NCBI GenBank assembly: GCA_965228475.1
Contig: OZ245817.1
Location: forward strand, 672,001 to 736,000
DNA from: Myxococcota bacterium
Lineage (GTDB): Bacteria > Myxococcota_A > UBA9160 > JAFDDA01
Direction: 5' to 3'
Length of the DNA: 64,000 bases
Shown: positions 31,678-40,759 of the stretch, one piece after another
How the letters are laid out: the number at the start of each line of letters is the position of its first letter
Numbering within the stretch: the stretch's first letter is position 1
Notes under the pieces: model-generated
Databases searched by the model: none
What the model saw: only the letters and a program-made list of their open reading frames with translations
What the model was told of the DNA's origin: nothing
Position numbers and translations under genes: made by a program

Positions 31678-33819
31678 ATGAAGGTGGTGGTCGGTCTCGG
31701 GAACCCCGGCGAGCGCTACGCCGCGACGCGCCACAACGCGGGTTTCTGGGTCCTCGACCGCCTCGCCGCGGCGCACGGCCTCGCCTTCGAGGCCCATGCG
31801 GACGCCCACGTCGCCCGTGGGCAGCTGCCCGACGGCTCCCCGTACGCCCTGGTCAAGCCCTGGACCTTCATGAACCGCTCCGGGGGGCCGGCGGCCGGCT
31901 GGTTCGAGGCGCTCGGGGCCGGGGACCCGGCGGTCGACCTGCTCGTCGTCTACGACGACCTCGATCTCCCGCCCGGCCAGCTACGGCTGCGCAAGAAGGG
32001 CGGCCACGGCGGCCACAACGGCCTTCGCGACGTCATCGCGGCCTTCGACGCCCGCGTCTTCCCCCGGCTCCGGTTCGGCATCGGGCGCCCGGACCCAGGC
32101 GTGAGCGTCCTCGACCACGTCCTCACGCTCTTCCCCGCCGCGGACCTGCCCGCGATCGAAGCCAGCGTCGACCGCGCGTCCGAGGCCGTGACCGTCTTCC
32201 TCGCCGAAGGCATGGACGCGGCGATGAACCGCTTCAACGCAAACCCGGAGCCGGCGGTGAAGGGTTCCCCCGGCGCCGGCGCGGGCCGGGCCTCCGAGGA
32301 AGAACCCGCTATAAAGTCGGCTACTTCGGCAGACGATTCAGCCACCATGGCGAGTCCGATCCGCGAACCCTCGAACCCGGAAGAACACTCCGGGCCCGAT
32401 GACCGGGAAGCAACCAACGTCTACGATGCTGGCAACGTCCACGATGCTGGGGATGGGACACCCGGAATGAGCCTCGCCGCGCCGGGCGCTGCGCAGCCGA
32501 AGCTGGCCGAGCGCATCGCGCGGCCCTTCGTCCAATTCATGCAGCTCGAGACCGGCAGCGCCGTCCTGCTGCTGGTGATGTCGGGCGTCGCGCTCGCCTG
32601 GGCCAACTCGCCCTGGGCCGAGAGCTACGAACACCTGCTCCACGAGCCCGTGGCGTTCTCCTTCGGGACGCATGCGCTCTCGCTCTCCGTCCACCATTGG
32701 ATCAACGACGGACTGATGGCGATCTTCTTCTTCCTGGTCGGGATGGAGATCAAGCGCGAGATGGTCATGGGCGACCTCTCGACGCCGACGCGCGCCATGA
32801 TGCCGGTTCTCGCCGCGCTCGGCGGGATGGTCGTCCCGGCGGGCGTCTACGCGTTCCTGCTCTGGGGAGACCCGGCCGTCAAGGGCTGGGGGATCCCGAT
32901 GGCGACGGACATCGCCTTCGCGGTCGCCGCGATGTCGGTGCTCGGCAAGCGCGTACCCCCCTCGCTGAAGGTCTTCCTGCTCGCCCTCGCCATCGCCGAC
33001 GACCTCGGCGCCGTCATGGTGATCGCCGTCTTCTACACGGACACCATCCACGTGGGCGCGCTCGCTTGGGCGTTCGGCTTCCTCGCCATGATCTTCGGCA
33101 TGAACCGGGCCGGCGTCCGCGCGTTCCTCCCCTACTGGGTGGTCGGCGCGGTCGTCTGGTTCTTCATGCACGAGTCCGGCGTCCACGCCACGATCGCCGG
33201 CGTGGCGCTCGGCCTGCTCACGCCGGCCCACCCGGACCCGCACCGGCAGAACAGCCTCGTCGAGCGCGGGCGGGATGCCCTCGATCACCTGCGGGAGTGG
33301 GTCACGCGCGACCACGAAGACCACGGCGGGCACAAGCGTCACCACGCCGTGCTGACGCTCCAGGACGCCTCGCGCGATTCCCTCTCGCCCCTCGACTACC
33401 TGACGAACCGCCTCGAACGCCCGGTCCTCTTCGTGGTGATGCCGCTGTTCGCGCTCGCGAACGCCGGCGTCGCCCTCGAGACGGAGACGCTCGGGAACCC
33501 GGTCTCGCGCCAGGTCGCCGTGGCCGTGATCGCCGGCCTCGTGCTCGGCAAGCCGATCGGGATCACCGTCTTCAGCTGGATCGCGGTGCGGCTCAAGCTC
33601 GCGGAGATGCCGCGCGGCGTGAACTTCGCCGCCATCTTCGCCACCGGCATGCTCGCCGGCATCGGCTTCACGGTGGCCCTCTTCATCGCCGCGCTGTCCT
33701 TCGACGATGCCGCCATCACGGCCGGCGCGAAGGTGGGCATCCTGATCGGTTCGGTGCTCGCGTGCGTGATCGGCCTGGCCGTGTTGGCGCGCGCGCTGCC
33801 CGCCGAGCCCCAGAGCTAG
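31678..33819 (+). CDS. Peptidyl-tRNA hydrolase in frame with Na+/H+ antiporter NhaA (single ORF; NhaA could also start internally near 32467)
   Basis: N-terminal VGLGNPG..Y..TRHNAGF, KPWTFMN, GGHNGL, RLRFGIGRP, AMNRFN. C-terminal HWINDGLM, EIKRE, PMATDIAF, LAIADD, GKPIG, GIGFT. No stop codon between the two. Confidence 0.85.
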   Translation: MKVVVGLGNPGERYAATRHNAGFWVLDRLAAAHGLAFEAHADAHVARGQLPDGSPYALVKPWTFMNRSGGPAAGWFEALGAGDPAVDLLVVYDDLDLPPGQLRLRKKGGHGGHNGLRDVIAAFDARVFPRLRFGIGRPDPGVSVLDHVLTLFPAADLPAIEASVDRASEAVTVFLAEGMDAAMNRFNANPEPAVKGSPGAGAGRASEEEPAIKSATSADDSATMASPIREPSNPEEHSGPDDREATNVYDAGNVHDAGDGTPGMSLAAPGAAQPKLAERIARPFVQFMQLETGSAVLLLVMSGVALAWANSPWAESYEHLLHEPVAFSFGTHALSLSVHHWINDGLMAIFFFLVGMEIKREMVMGDLSTPTRAMMPVLAALGGMVVPAGVYAFLLWGDPAVKGWGIPMATDIAFAVAAMSVLGKRVPPSLKVFLLALAIADDLGAVMVIAVFYTDTIHVGALAWAFGFLAMIFGMNRAGVRAFLPYWVVGAVVWFFMHESGVHATIAGVALGLLTPAHPDPHRQNSLVERGRDALDHLREWVTRDHEDHGGHKRHHAVLTLQDASRDSLSPLDYLTNRLERPVLFVVMPLFALANAGVALETETLGNPVSRQVAVAVIAGLVLGKPIGITVFSWIAVRLKLAEMPRGVNFAAIFATGMLAGIGFTVALFIAALSFDDAAITAGAKVGILIGSVLACVIGLAVLARALPAEPQS

Positions 33820-33844
33820 CGGCCGCAGCCGCGCCCCAGCTCTG

Positions 33845-33891
33845 TTGACCGCCGCTGCGCGCTAGAGCGATTGACCGCCGCTGCGCGCTAG
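33845..33891. repeat. Perfect 21-bp direct repeat (26-bp period) between convergent genes
   Basis: TTGACCGCCGCTGCGCGCTAG at 33845-33865 and 33871-33891. Confidence 0.9.
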
Positions 33892-34508
33892 CGCCGCCAG
33901 CGGACGTAGCCCCGCATCCCCGCGATCAGCACGACCGTCCCGAAGCCCGCCCAGTGGGTTCCGGCTTCGGCGACGCGTCCGCCGTAGGAGACCAGGTAGA
34001 TCGCCCAGATGTACCAGCCTCCCAGCAGGTGGAGCCGCTTCCAGTTGCGCCCGAGGGCGCGAACGGCCGCGTCGTTCGAGGTGGCCGTCATCGCGGCGGC
34101 GAGCACGAAGCCGAAGCCGCCGAGCAGGTTCGAGACGTCCGGGTCGAGGGTGCGTTCCGTTCCGGCCATGACGGCAACGACGGCCGCCATGTGGATCATC
34201 TGCGAGACGCCGTAGGCAATGCCGACCGCGCGGCGGTTGCGCAGCAGCGTCCGGCTCACCGGGCTCCGCCAGAGCGCGTACAGGGACGAGGCGGCGAAGG
34301 CCAGGGCGAAGGGCACGAAGGCGATGCGTGCCGTGAAGCGCGCCGCCCGGTTCAGGCCGAGCTCCCCCGAGCCGAAGGCCAGCAGGGCGTAGGCCACGGC
34401 CAGGACCGAGACGGTGCCCGCGAGCACCGGCGCCCAGGGCAGCCAGGCGATCCGGTTCGCCCCTTTCGTCGAGGCCAGGCGGGCGGAGGCGTCTTGCTGG
34501 GTGGTCAT
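33888..34508 (-). CDS. Ferric reductase-like (MsrQ-like) transmembrane protein
   Basis: [10 protein letters not shown]...[15 protein letters not shown] motifs; several TM helices. Confidence 0.75.
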   Translation of the reverse strand: MTTQQDASARLASTKGANRIAWLPWAPVLAGTVSVLAVAYALLAFGSGELGLNRAARFTARIAFVPFALAFAASSLYALWRSPVSRTLLRNRRAVGIAYGVSQMIHMAAVVAVMAGTERTLDPDVSNLLGGFGFVLAAAMTATSNDAAVRALGRNWKRLHLLGGWYIWAIYLVSYGGRVAEAGTHWAGFGTVVLIAGMRGYVRWRR

Positions 34509-34624
34509 GGAGAACTCCCGGGCGCCTGGCGACCCTACCGCTCCCGGGCCGATTTCGGCAAATCCCGACAAAATGTCCGGTCAAAAGGGGGTCAATAGGC
34601 CAGGATCTGCACGAATTGTGCGGA

Positions 34625-34653
34625 TTGAAGCCTCTTTGTCCCCGGATTATCCT
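34625..34653 (+). promoter_or_regulatory. Sigma-70-type promoter of the pdxR-pdxST unit
   Basis: TTGAAG-N17-TATCCT ending 8 nt before the ATG at 34662. Confidence 0.6.
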
Positions 34654-34661
34654 GCCCGCTC

Positions 34662-36161
34662 ATGGAGTTCTCGATCGAGCGCAGATCCGTTTCCGGGCTG
34701 CCGGTCTACCGGCAGATCGCCGACCAGATCCGCAGGGCCGTCGTCGCCGGCGCGCTCGTGCGCGGCGACCGCCTGCCGACGATCCGGGCCCTCGCGGAAG
34801 AGCTCGGGGTGAACCGCGACACGGTCTCCCTCGCCTACGACACCCTCGCCCAGAACGGCGTGATCGAGTCCACCGTCGGGCGCGGGACCTTCGTCGCCGA
34901 TCCGCCGGCCGTCGAATCCGAGCTGCCCGAGCCGCTCGGCGCGCCGCCGCCGCTCTCGCCGCTCGTCGACCGCCTGCTCGAGTTCGGCCGCACGCGGCCG
35001 AGCTACGCCTCCGGCGGCGGTGCGGTGCCGATGCATTCCCTGATCCCCGACCCGACGCTGTATCCCGTCGACGCCTTCCGCCGCTCGATGAACCGCGCGC
35101 TCGCCGAGGGCGGCTCGGACCTGCTCGTCTACGGCGGGCCGGACGGTCACGAGGGGCTGCGCGGCGTCATCGCCGAGCGCCTTCGCACCGAGGGCATCGA
35201 GGCCGCGAACGACGAGAACGTGATCCTGACCCAGGGCGCGAGCCAGGGCATCTCGCTCGCGCTGCGGCTGTTCGCCGCGCCCGGCGATTGGGTCGCCGTC
35301 GAAGAGCCGACGTATCACAACCTGCTCGCGGTGCTCGTCGGGCTGGGGCTCCGGCCGACGCCCGTTCCCATGACGCCCGAGGGGCCGGACCTCGAAGTGC
35401 TCTCGCGCGTGCTCGCCCGGCCCGAGGTGAAGGCCTTCTACACGATGCCGAGCTTCCACAACCCGATGGGGACGACGACGAGCCTCGCCCACCGCCGGCG
35501 CCTGCTCGACGTCGCGGCCCGGCGCGGCAAGCCCGTCGTGGAAGACGCCTTCGAGATGGACCTGCGCTTCGCCGGCCGCCCGGTGCCGCCGCTCGCCGCC
35601 CTCGACGACCACGGCCTCGTCGTGCACCTCTTCTCCTTCTCGAAGTCGCTCTTCCCGGGCGTGCGCGTCGGCTCCGTGATGGCGCGCGGCCGCGCCCTCG
35701 AGGGCCTGCGGGCCCTCAAGCGAACGATCGACCTCTCGGGCGCGCCGGTGCTCCAGGCCGCGGTGGCGGACTTCGTCGCCAGCGGCGCCTACGACCGGCA
35801 CCTCGGCCGTCTGCGGAAGACCCTGCTCGAGCGCTGCGATGCCCTGCTCGAAGCCCTGGCCGACGAGATGCCCGAGGGCACGCGCTTCACGCGCCCCGAG
35901 GGCGGCTACCAGGTCTGGGTCGAGCTGCCCGGCGGCATCGACTCCGGCGAGCTGCTCGAAGACGCCCGCCGCGCCGGCGTGCTCTTCGCGCCGGGCTCGC
36001 TCTTCCACCACGACGGGCGCGTCTCGTCCGGCCTGCGGCTGACCTTCGCCCTGGCCGACGTGGACGAGATCCGCCGGGGCGTCGCGGCCCTGGCCGAGGT
36101 CACGCGCCAACACCTCGAGGCGGGGCCGCGTCGGCCCCGCGACCACGGAATCTACGTCTAG
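34662..36161 (+). CDS. MocR/GabR-family regulator (GntR HTH + PLP aminotransferase-like domain), PdxR-like
   Basis: [51 protein letters not shown]; directly upstream of pdxST. Confidence 0.9.
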   Translation: MEFSIERRSVSGLPVYRQIADQIRRAVVAGALVRGDRLPTIRALAEELGVNRDTVSLAYDTLAQNGVIESTVGRGTFVADPPAVESELPEPLGAPPPLSPLVDRLLEFGRTRPSYASGGGAVPMHSLIPDPTLYPVDAFRRSMNRALAEGGSDLLVYGGPDGHEGLRGVIAERLRTEGIEAANDENVILTQGASQGISLALRLFAAPGDWVAVEEPTYHNLLAVLVGLGLRPTPVPMTPEGPDLEVLSRVLARPEVKAFYTMPSFHNPMGTTTSLAHRRRLLDVAARRGKPVVEDAFEMDLRFAGRPVPPLAALDDHGLVVHLFSFSKSLFPGVRVGSVMARGRALEGLRALKRTIDLSGAPVLQAAVADFVASGAYDRHLGRLRKTLLERCDALLEALADEMPEGTRFTRPEGGYQVWVELPGGIDSGELLEDARRAGVLFAPGSLFHHDGRVSSGLRLTFALADVDEIRRGVAALAEVTRQHLEAGPRRPRDHGIYV

Positions 36162-36196
36162 GGGCGGATCGACGCCCGGGAACAGGAGGGACGACG

Positions 36197-37111
36197 ATGT
36201 CCACGAACACGAGCAACGGAAACGGAAAGAGCGACGCGCGCTCCTTCGAGATCAAGGTCGGCCTGGCCGAGATGATGAAGGGCGGCGTCATCATGGACGT
36301 GACGAACCCCGAGCAGGCGAAGATCGCCGAAGACTCGGGCGCCGCGGCCGTGATGGCCCTCGAGCGGGTGCCCTCGGACATCCGCAAGGACGGCGGCGTC
36401 GCGCGCATGTGCTCGATCGAGGTGATCGAGGGCATCCAGAAGCAGGTCTCGATCCCGGTAATGGCCAAGGTGCGGATCGGACACTTCATGGAGGCGAAGA
36501 TCCTCGAGCAGCTCGGCGTCGACTTCATCGACGAGAGCGAGGTGCTGACGCCCGCGGACGAAGAGCACCACGTCGACAAGGCGGGCTTCCGCTCGCCCTT
36601 CGTGTGCGGTGCGCGCAACCTCGGCGAGGCGCTGCGGCGCATCGGCGAAGGCGCGGCCATGATCCGCACCAAGGGGGAGGCGGGCAGCGGCAACATCGTG
36701 GAAGCCGTGCGCCACCTGCGGACGGTGATGGGCGACATCCGCGCGCTCACGGTGCTGCCGCCGGAGGAGATCCCGGCCCGTGCCAAGGAGCTGCAGGCCC
36801 CGGTGGACCTCGTCCGCTACGTCGCCGAGAACGGGAAGCTCCCGGTGCCGAACTTCGCCGCCGGCGGCGTCGCCACGCCGGCCGACGCCGCGCTCTGCCG
36901 CGCCCTCGGCGCCGAGGCGGTGTTCGTCGGCTCGGGCATCTTCAAGGCGTCGGATCCGGAGAAGCGCGCGCGCGCCGTCGTCCAGGCCTGCACGCACTGG
37001 GACGACCCGGAGCAGCTGCTCGGCTCCTGCCGCGGCCTCGGCGAGGCCATGGTCGGCATCGAGATGGAGACGCTCAGCGAGAGCGAGCGCCTCGCCAACC
37101 GCGGCTGGTAG
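36197..37111 (+). CDS. pdxS: Pyridoxal 5'-phosphate synthase lyase subunit
   Basis: [72 protein letters not shown]. Confidence 0.97.
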   Translation: MSTNTSNGNGKSDARSFEIKVGLAEMMKGGVIMDVTNPEQAKIAEDSGAAAVMALERVPSDIRKDGGVARMCSIEVIEGIQKQVSIPVMAKVRIGHFMEAKILEQLGVDFIDESEVLTPADEEHHVDKAGFRSPFVCGARNLGEALRRIGEGAAMIRTKGEAGSGNIVEAVRHLRTVMGDIRALTVLPPEEIPARAKELQAPVDLVRYVAENGKLPVPNFAAGGVATPADAALCRALGAEAVFVGSGIFKASDPEKRARAVVQACTHWDDPEQLLGSCRGLGEAMVGIEMETLSESERLANRGW

Positions 37112-37133
37112 CGGACCCGGGCAGGGCGCTGCG

Positions 37134-37703
37134 ATGAAAGTCGGCATCCTCGCCATCCAGGGCGACGTGGAGGCCCACGCGCGTGCGCTCGCGCGCGTGG
37201 GTGCCACGGCCGTTCCCGTGCTCGCCGAGAAGGACCTCGACGGCCTGCACGGGCTCATCCTGCCCGGCGGCGAGAGCACGACCATCTCGAAGGGGCTCGA
37301 GCGCCTCGATCTCTACGAGACCCTGCGCTTCTTCGTGCACTCGGGCCTGCCCGTGCTCGGCACCTGCGCGGGGGCGATCCTGCTGGCGCGCGAGGTCGAG
37401 AACCACCCGGTCGAGACGCTCCACGGCATCGACGCCGTGGCCGTGCGCAACGCCTACGGCACCCAGGTCGACTCCTTCGCCGCGGAGGTGGACGAGGGGG
37501 CCGCGCGCGGGCTCGAGGGGCTTCGCTGCGTCTTCATCCGCGCGCCGCGGCTGCGCGAGATCGGCGACGGCGTCGAGATCCTCGCGCGGGTCGACGGCGA
37601 GCCCGTCCTGATCCGCCACGGCAACGTCCTGGCCGCGACCTTCCACCCCGAGCTGACCGACGACCCGCGCGTCCATCGGCTGCTGGTGGAATCGGCCGGC
37701 TAG
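37134..37703 (+). CDS. pdxT: PLP synthase glutaminase subunit
   Basis: LAIQGD, LPGGEST, GTCAG, RNAYG.Q..SF, FIRAP, FHPEL. Confidence 0.96.
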   Translation: MKVGILAIQGDVEAHARALARVGATAVPVLAEKDLDGLHGLILPGGESTTISKGLERLDLYETLRFFVHSGLPVLGTCAGAILLAREVENHPVETLHGIDAVAVRNAYGTQVDSFAAEVDEGAARGLEGLRCVFIRAPRLREIGDGVEILARVDGEPVLIRHGNVLAATFHPELTDDPRVHRLLVESAG

Positions 37704-39409
37704 CTCCCGGCCAGCCAGGCGGTTCGGCGGCGGGTCCCCACACGAGCAAGCAGGGCGATGGCCATCCCGGCGCCCCCGCCTCCGCAGCCCGCGGGCTTCT
37801 CGCCGAGCGTCCAGGTCGCGTTCGTCGGGAGCGCGTGCCAGCCGATCACGCGGCCGGTCGCCGGCCAGGTCACCCGCACGCGGTCGACCCGTTCGATGCC
37901 CGGGCCGAGGCCGAAGTGGAGCTCGGGTTCGCTCTGGCCGAGAAAGTGGCTCGCGGCGCCGACTTCGCGGACCTGCGGCGGCCCGTCGTAGCGCGGCCAG
38001 ACCTCGACCCGGGCGCCGAGGGCCTCGCGGCTGCTGCCGTCGCCCTCGATGCGGAGCCGCAGCCAGCGCGCGTCGCCCGCGAGATCGTTGCGGTAGAGGC
38101 GCGGCGCGCCGGCGTTGTTCACGACGAAGAGGTCGAGATCGCCGTCGCCGTCGTAGTCGAAGGTGAGGAGCCCCTTGCCCGACGCCGTGTCCGTGAGCCC
38201 CGCCGCCGCCGAGACCTCGGTCATCGCGCCGCTGCCGTCGTTCTCCCAGAGCCGCATCGGGTCGGCGTTGAAGGCGTCTTCGATTCCCGTGTGCGCGACG
38301 TCCATGCCGTTGGTCATGACGAGGTCGAGATCCCCGTCGTTGTCCATGTCGAAGAAGACGGTGCCCCAGCCCCAGCGGCCGTCGCGGACGCCGGCGTCGT
38401 CCGTGGCGTCGCGGAAGACGCGGCCGCCCTCGTTCTCGTACAGCCGGTTTCCGGTGTAGCCCCAGATGCAGTTGCCGCCGTCGCAGGAGGCGTCGGGGTC
38501 GAAGATGCTCGTCACGAACCAATCGAGGTCGCCGTCGCCGTCGTAGTCGCCGAAGGCCGAGCCCATGCCGTTCTCGTCGGTGCCGACGCCCGCGGCAACG
38601 GTGCCGTCCGTGAAGGTGCCGCCCTCGTTCCAGAAGAGCCGGCTCGTTCCGAAATCGCCGGCCACGGCGAGCTCCTGCCAGCCGTCCCCGTCGAGATCCA
38701 CGAAGGTCGAGGCGAACCCGTTCACGCCGGCGAAGGAGAGCCCCACCGCTTCGGTCACGTCCTCGAAGTGGCCGGGCGCCGCGGCGCCGCGGTTGCGCAG
38801 CAGGCGGGAGTGGGCGCTCGCGAGCCACTCGGTCACGTGGAAGTCGACGAAGCCGTCGCGGTCGAAGTCGCCGAACGCGACCGACCAGGTGAGCCGCGGG
38901 TCGGTCGAGGCGAGGGCCGCGCCGCGGGCCACCGCCTCCTCCGTGAAGACCCCGCTCCCGTCGTTCACGAACAGGTAGTTGCGGTTCGACGGCCCGCTGC
39001 CGTTCCCCACCACGGTGACCAGGAGGTCCGGGTCGCCGTCGTTGTCGATGTCCGCGAAGGCCGCGCCGTTCGAGTGGAGGTCGAAGCCCGCGAGCCCCGC
39101 GGCGGCGGTGGCGTCCGTGAAGCCCCCCGCGCAGTCGTTGCGGAAGAGCAGGTCCGGGGCGTCGAGCCGGGTGGCGAAGAGGTCCGGGCAGCCGTCGCCG
39201 TCCACGTCCGCCACGGCCGCGCCGCCGGTCATGCGGTCGACGTCGCAGGCCAGGCTGCCGACGATGCAATCCGGCGGCTCCGGGGGAGCGTGCTGGAGGT
39301 AGGCGAGGCCGGCCTCGGCCGTCACGTCCGTGAAGGTCGTGCCGGCGTGGGCCGGAAGGGCCAGGAGGGCCATCGCCGGGAGCCAGGGCAGCAGGGCCGA
39401 GCGCAGCAT
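37700..39409 (-). CDS. CRTAC1/ASPIC-UnbV FG-GAP repeat secreted protein with C-terminal Cys-Gly/hydrophobic/basic tail
   Basis: Signal peptide, repeated DxDxDGxxD, FTDVT..AG, LHFGLG, VTWP; ends PAGCGGGGAGMAIALLARVGTRRR. Confidence 0.88.
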   Translation of the reverse strand: MLRSALLPWLPAMALLALPAHAGTTFTDVTAEAGLAYLQHAPPEPPDCIVGSLACDVDRMTGGAAVADVDGDGCPDLFATRLDAPDLLFRNDCAGGFTDATAAAGLAGFDLHSNGAAFADIDNDGDPDLLVTVVGNGSGPSNRNYLFVNDGSGVFTEEAVARGAALASTDPRLTWSVAFGDFDRDGFVDFHVTEWLASAHSRLLRNRGAAAPGHFEDVTEAVGLSFAGVNGFASTFVDLDGDGWQELAVAGDFGTSRLFWNEGGTFTDGTVAAGVGTDENGMGSAFGDYDGDGDLDWFVTSIFDPDASCDGGNCIWGYTGNRLYENEGGRVFRDATDDAGVRDGRWGWGTVFFDMDNDGDLDLVMTNGMDVAHTGIEDAFNADPMRLWENDGSGAMTEVSAAAGLTDTASGKGLLTFDYDGDGDLDLFVVNNAGAPRLYRNDLAGDARWLRLRIEGDGSSREALGARVEVWPRYDGPPQVREVGAASHFLGQSEPELHFGLGPGIERVDRVRVTWPATGRVIGWHALPTNATWTLGEKPAGCGGGGAGMAIALLARVGTRRRTAWLAGS

Positions 39410-39609
39410 CCGCCCAGTCTACCCCGGGGCACCCCGGTCCCCGCGGGTGAAAAGCGGCAATCGTCCAGGAATCCGAGGGTTTGCACCCGGCAGGCGGCGC
39501 CGCCCGGGCGGCCGTGCTACCCGTACGGCCCTTCGCGGGCCCGAGGCCCGTCCACCTTCGGTCCCGATTTCGGGGCCCGGGCCCAGGGCCCGTCCACGGG
39601 GGACACGAC

Positions 39610-40206
39610 GTGCGCGAGTACGAAACCACCTTCATCGTCCAGCCCGAGATCACCGACGACGTGCGCGAGGCCTTCCTCGCCAAGCTCGACGGCCTGCTCG
39701 AGAGCGGCGGCGCCCTGCGCCTGATGCTCGACGATTGGGGGAAGCGCAAGCTTTCCTACGAGATCAACAACTTCCAGAAGGGTCACTACTACTCGCTCAA
39801 GTACCTCGACGAGGGCGGCGTGGTGATCGACCTCGAGCGCACGCTGAAGCTCGAGGAGTCCATCCTCCGCTATCTGACGGTGCGCGTGGCCGACGAGGTC
39901 GCCGACATCGAAGCCCGCCGCGCCGACGCCGCGGAGGAAGAGAAGAAGCTGCGCGAGCGCCTCGAAGCCGAGCGCGCCGCGCGGGAAGAAGAAGAGAAGG
40001 CCCGCCGCGAGGCCGAGGCCCGCGCCGCCGCCGAGGCCGCGGAAGCCGCTGCGGCCGCCGCCGCCGCGAGCGAAGCCGCGGAAGGGGCCGAAGGCGCGGG
40101 CGAGGGCGAAGCCGGCGAAGCGGCGCCCGCCGCCGACGTGGATGAAGCCGCCGAGGCGCCCGAAACGGTGGCCGAAACGGCGGCCGAAGAAGGCGAGGAG
40201 CGCTGA
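39610..40206 (+). CDS. rpsF: 30S ribosomal protein S6 with long charged C-terminal extension
   Basis: REYETTFIVQPE, WGKRKLSYEI, GHY, ILRYL; GTG start. Confidence 0.93.
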   Translation: MREYETTFIVQPEITDDVREAFLAKLDGLLESGGALRLMLDDWGKRKLSYEINNFQKGHYYSLKYLDEGGVVIDLERTLKLEESILRYLTVRVADEVADIEARRADAAEEEKKLRERLEAERAAREEEEKARREAEARAAAEAAEAAAAAAAASEAAEGAEGAGEGEAGEAAPAADVDEAAEAPETVAETAAEEGEER

Positions 40207-40209
40207 GCG

Positions 40210-40665
40210 ATGGCCCAGATCGAACTCATCCTGAACGAGGACGTCGACAACCTCGGTGATGCGGGCGATCTCGTCCGTGTGAAGCCGGGCTTCGCGCGCA
40301 ACTACCTGCTGCCCCAGGGCAAGGCCATCATCGCCACCAAGGCGAAGATCGCCGAGGTCGAGCACCACAAGCGGATCATCGCCGAGCGCGTCGCCAAGGA
40401 GATGAAGAATCTCGAGGCGACGAAGAAGGCGATCGAGAAACTCGAGCTCTCCGTCGAAATGCAGGCGGGGGAAGAGGGCAAGCTCTTCGGCTCGGTCACC
40501 TCGGCGGCGATCGCCGAGCTGCTGGCCGAGAAGGGCTTCGAGGTGGATCGCCGCAAGATCCAGCTGAAGGACCCGATCAAGGAACTCGGCGAGCACGAAG
40601 TGCCGCTGAAGCTGCGCGGCGAGCTCGTCGCCAACATCAAGCTCAGCGTCACCGCCTCCGAGTAA
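40210..40665 (+). CDS. rplI: 50S ribosomal protein L9
   Basis: LGDAGDLVRVKPGFARNYLLP, GKLFGSVT, PIKELG. Confidence 0.97.
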   Translation: MAQIELILNEDVDNLGDAGDLVRVKPGFARNYLLPQGKAIIATKAKIAEVEHHKRIIAERVAKEMKNLEATKKAIEKLELSVEMQAGEEGKLFGSVTSAAIAELLAEKGFEVDRRKIQLKDPIKELGEHEVPLKLRGELVANIKLSVTASE

Positions 40666-40759
40666 CGCCGTTCGAGCGCATTCGTGCCCTCGGTTGCCGC
40701 CTCTGCGCCACCCCAGCGCCATCGGGTTGAGATAGAATCGGCCTCGAGAGGGGTGAGCG

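Noticed and set aside
33845..33891. CRISPR mini-array
   Set aside because: Only two 21-bp copies with a 5-bp spacer, and no cas genes.
34616..36196. 831-aa ORF suggesting a large N-terminal fusion to PdxS
   Set aside because: The upstream part is an off-frame shadow of the MocR regulator; PdxS has its own SD and ATG at 36197.
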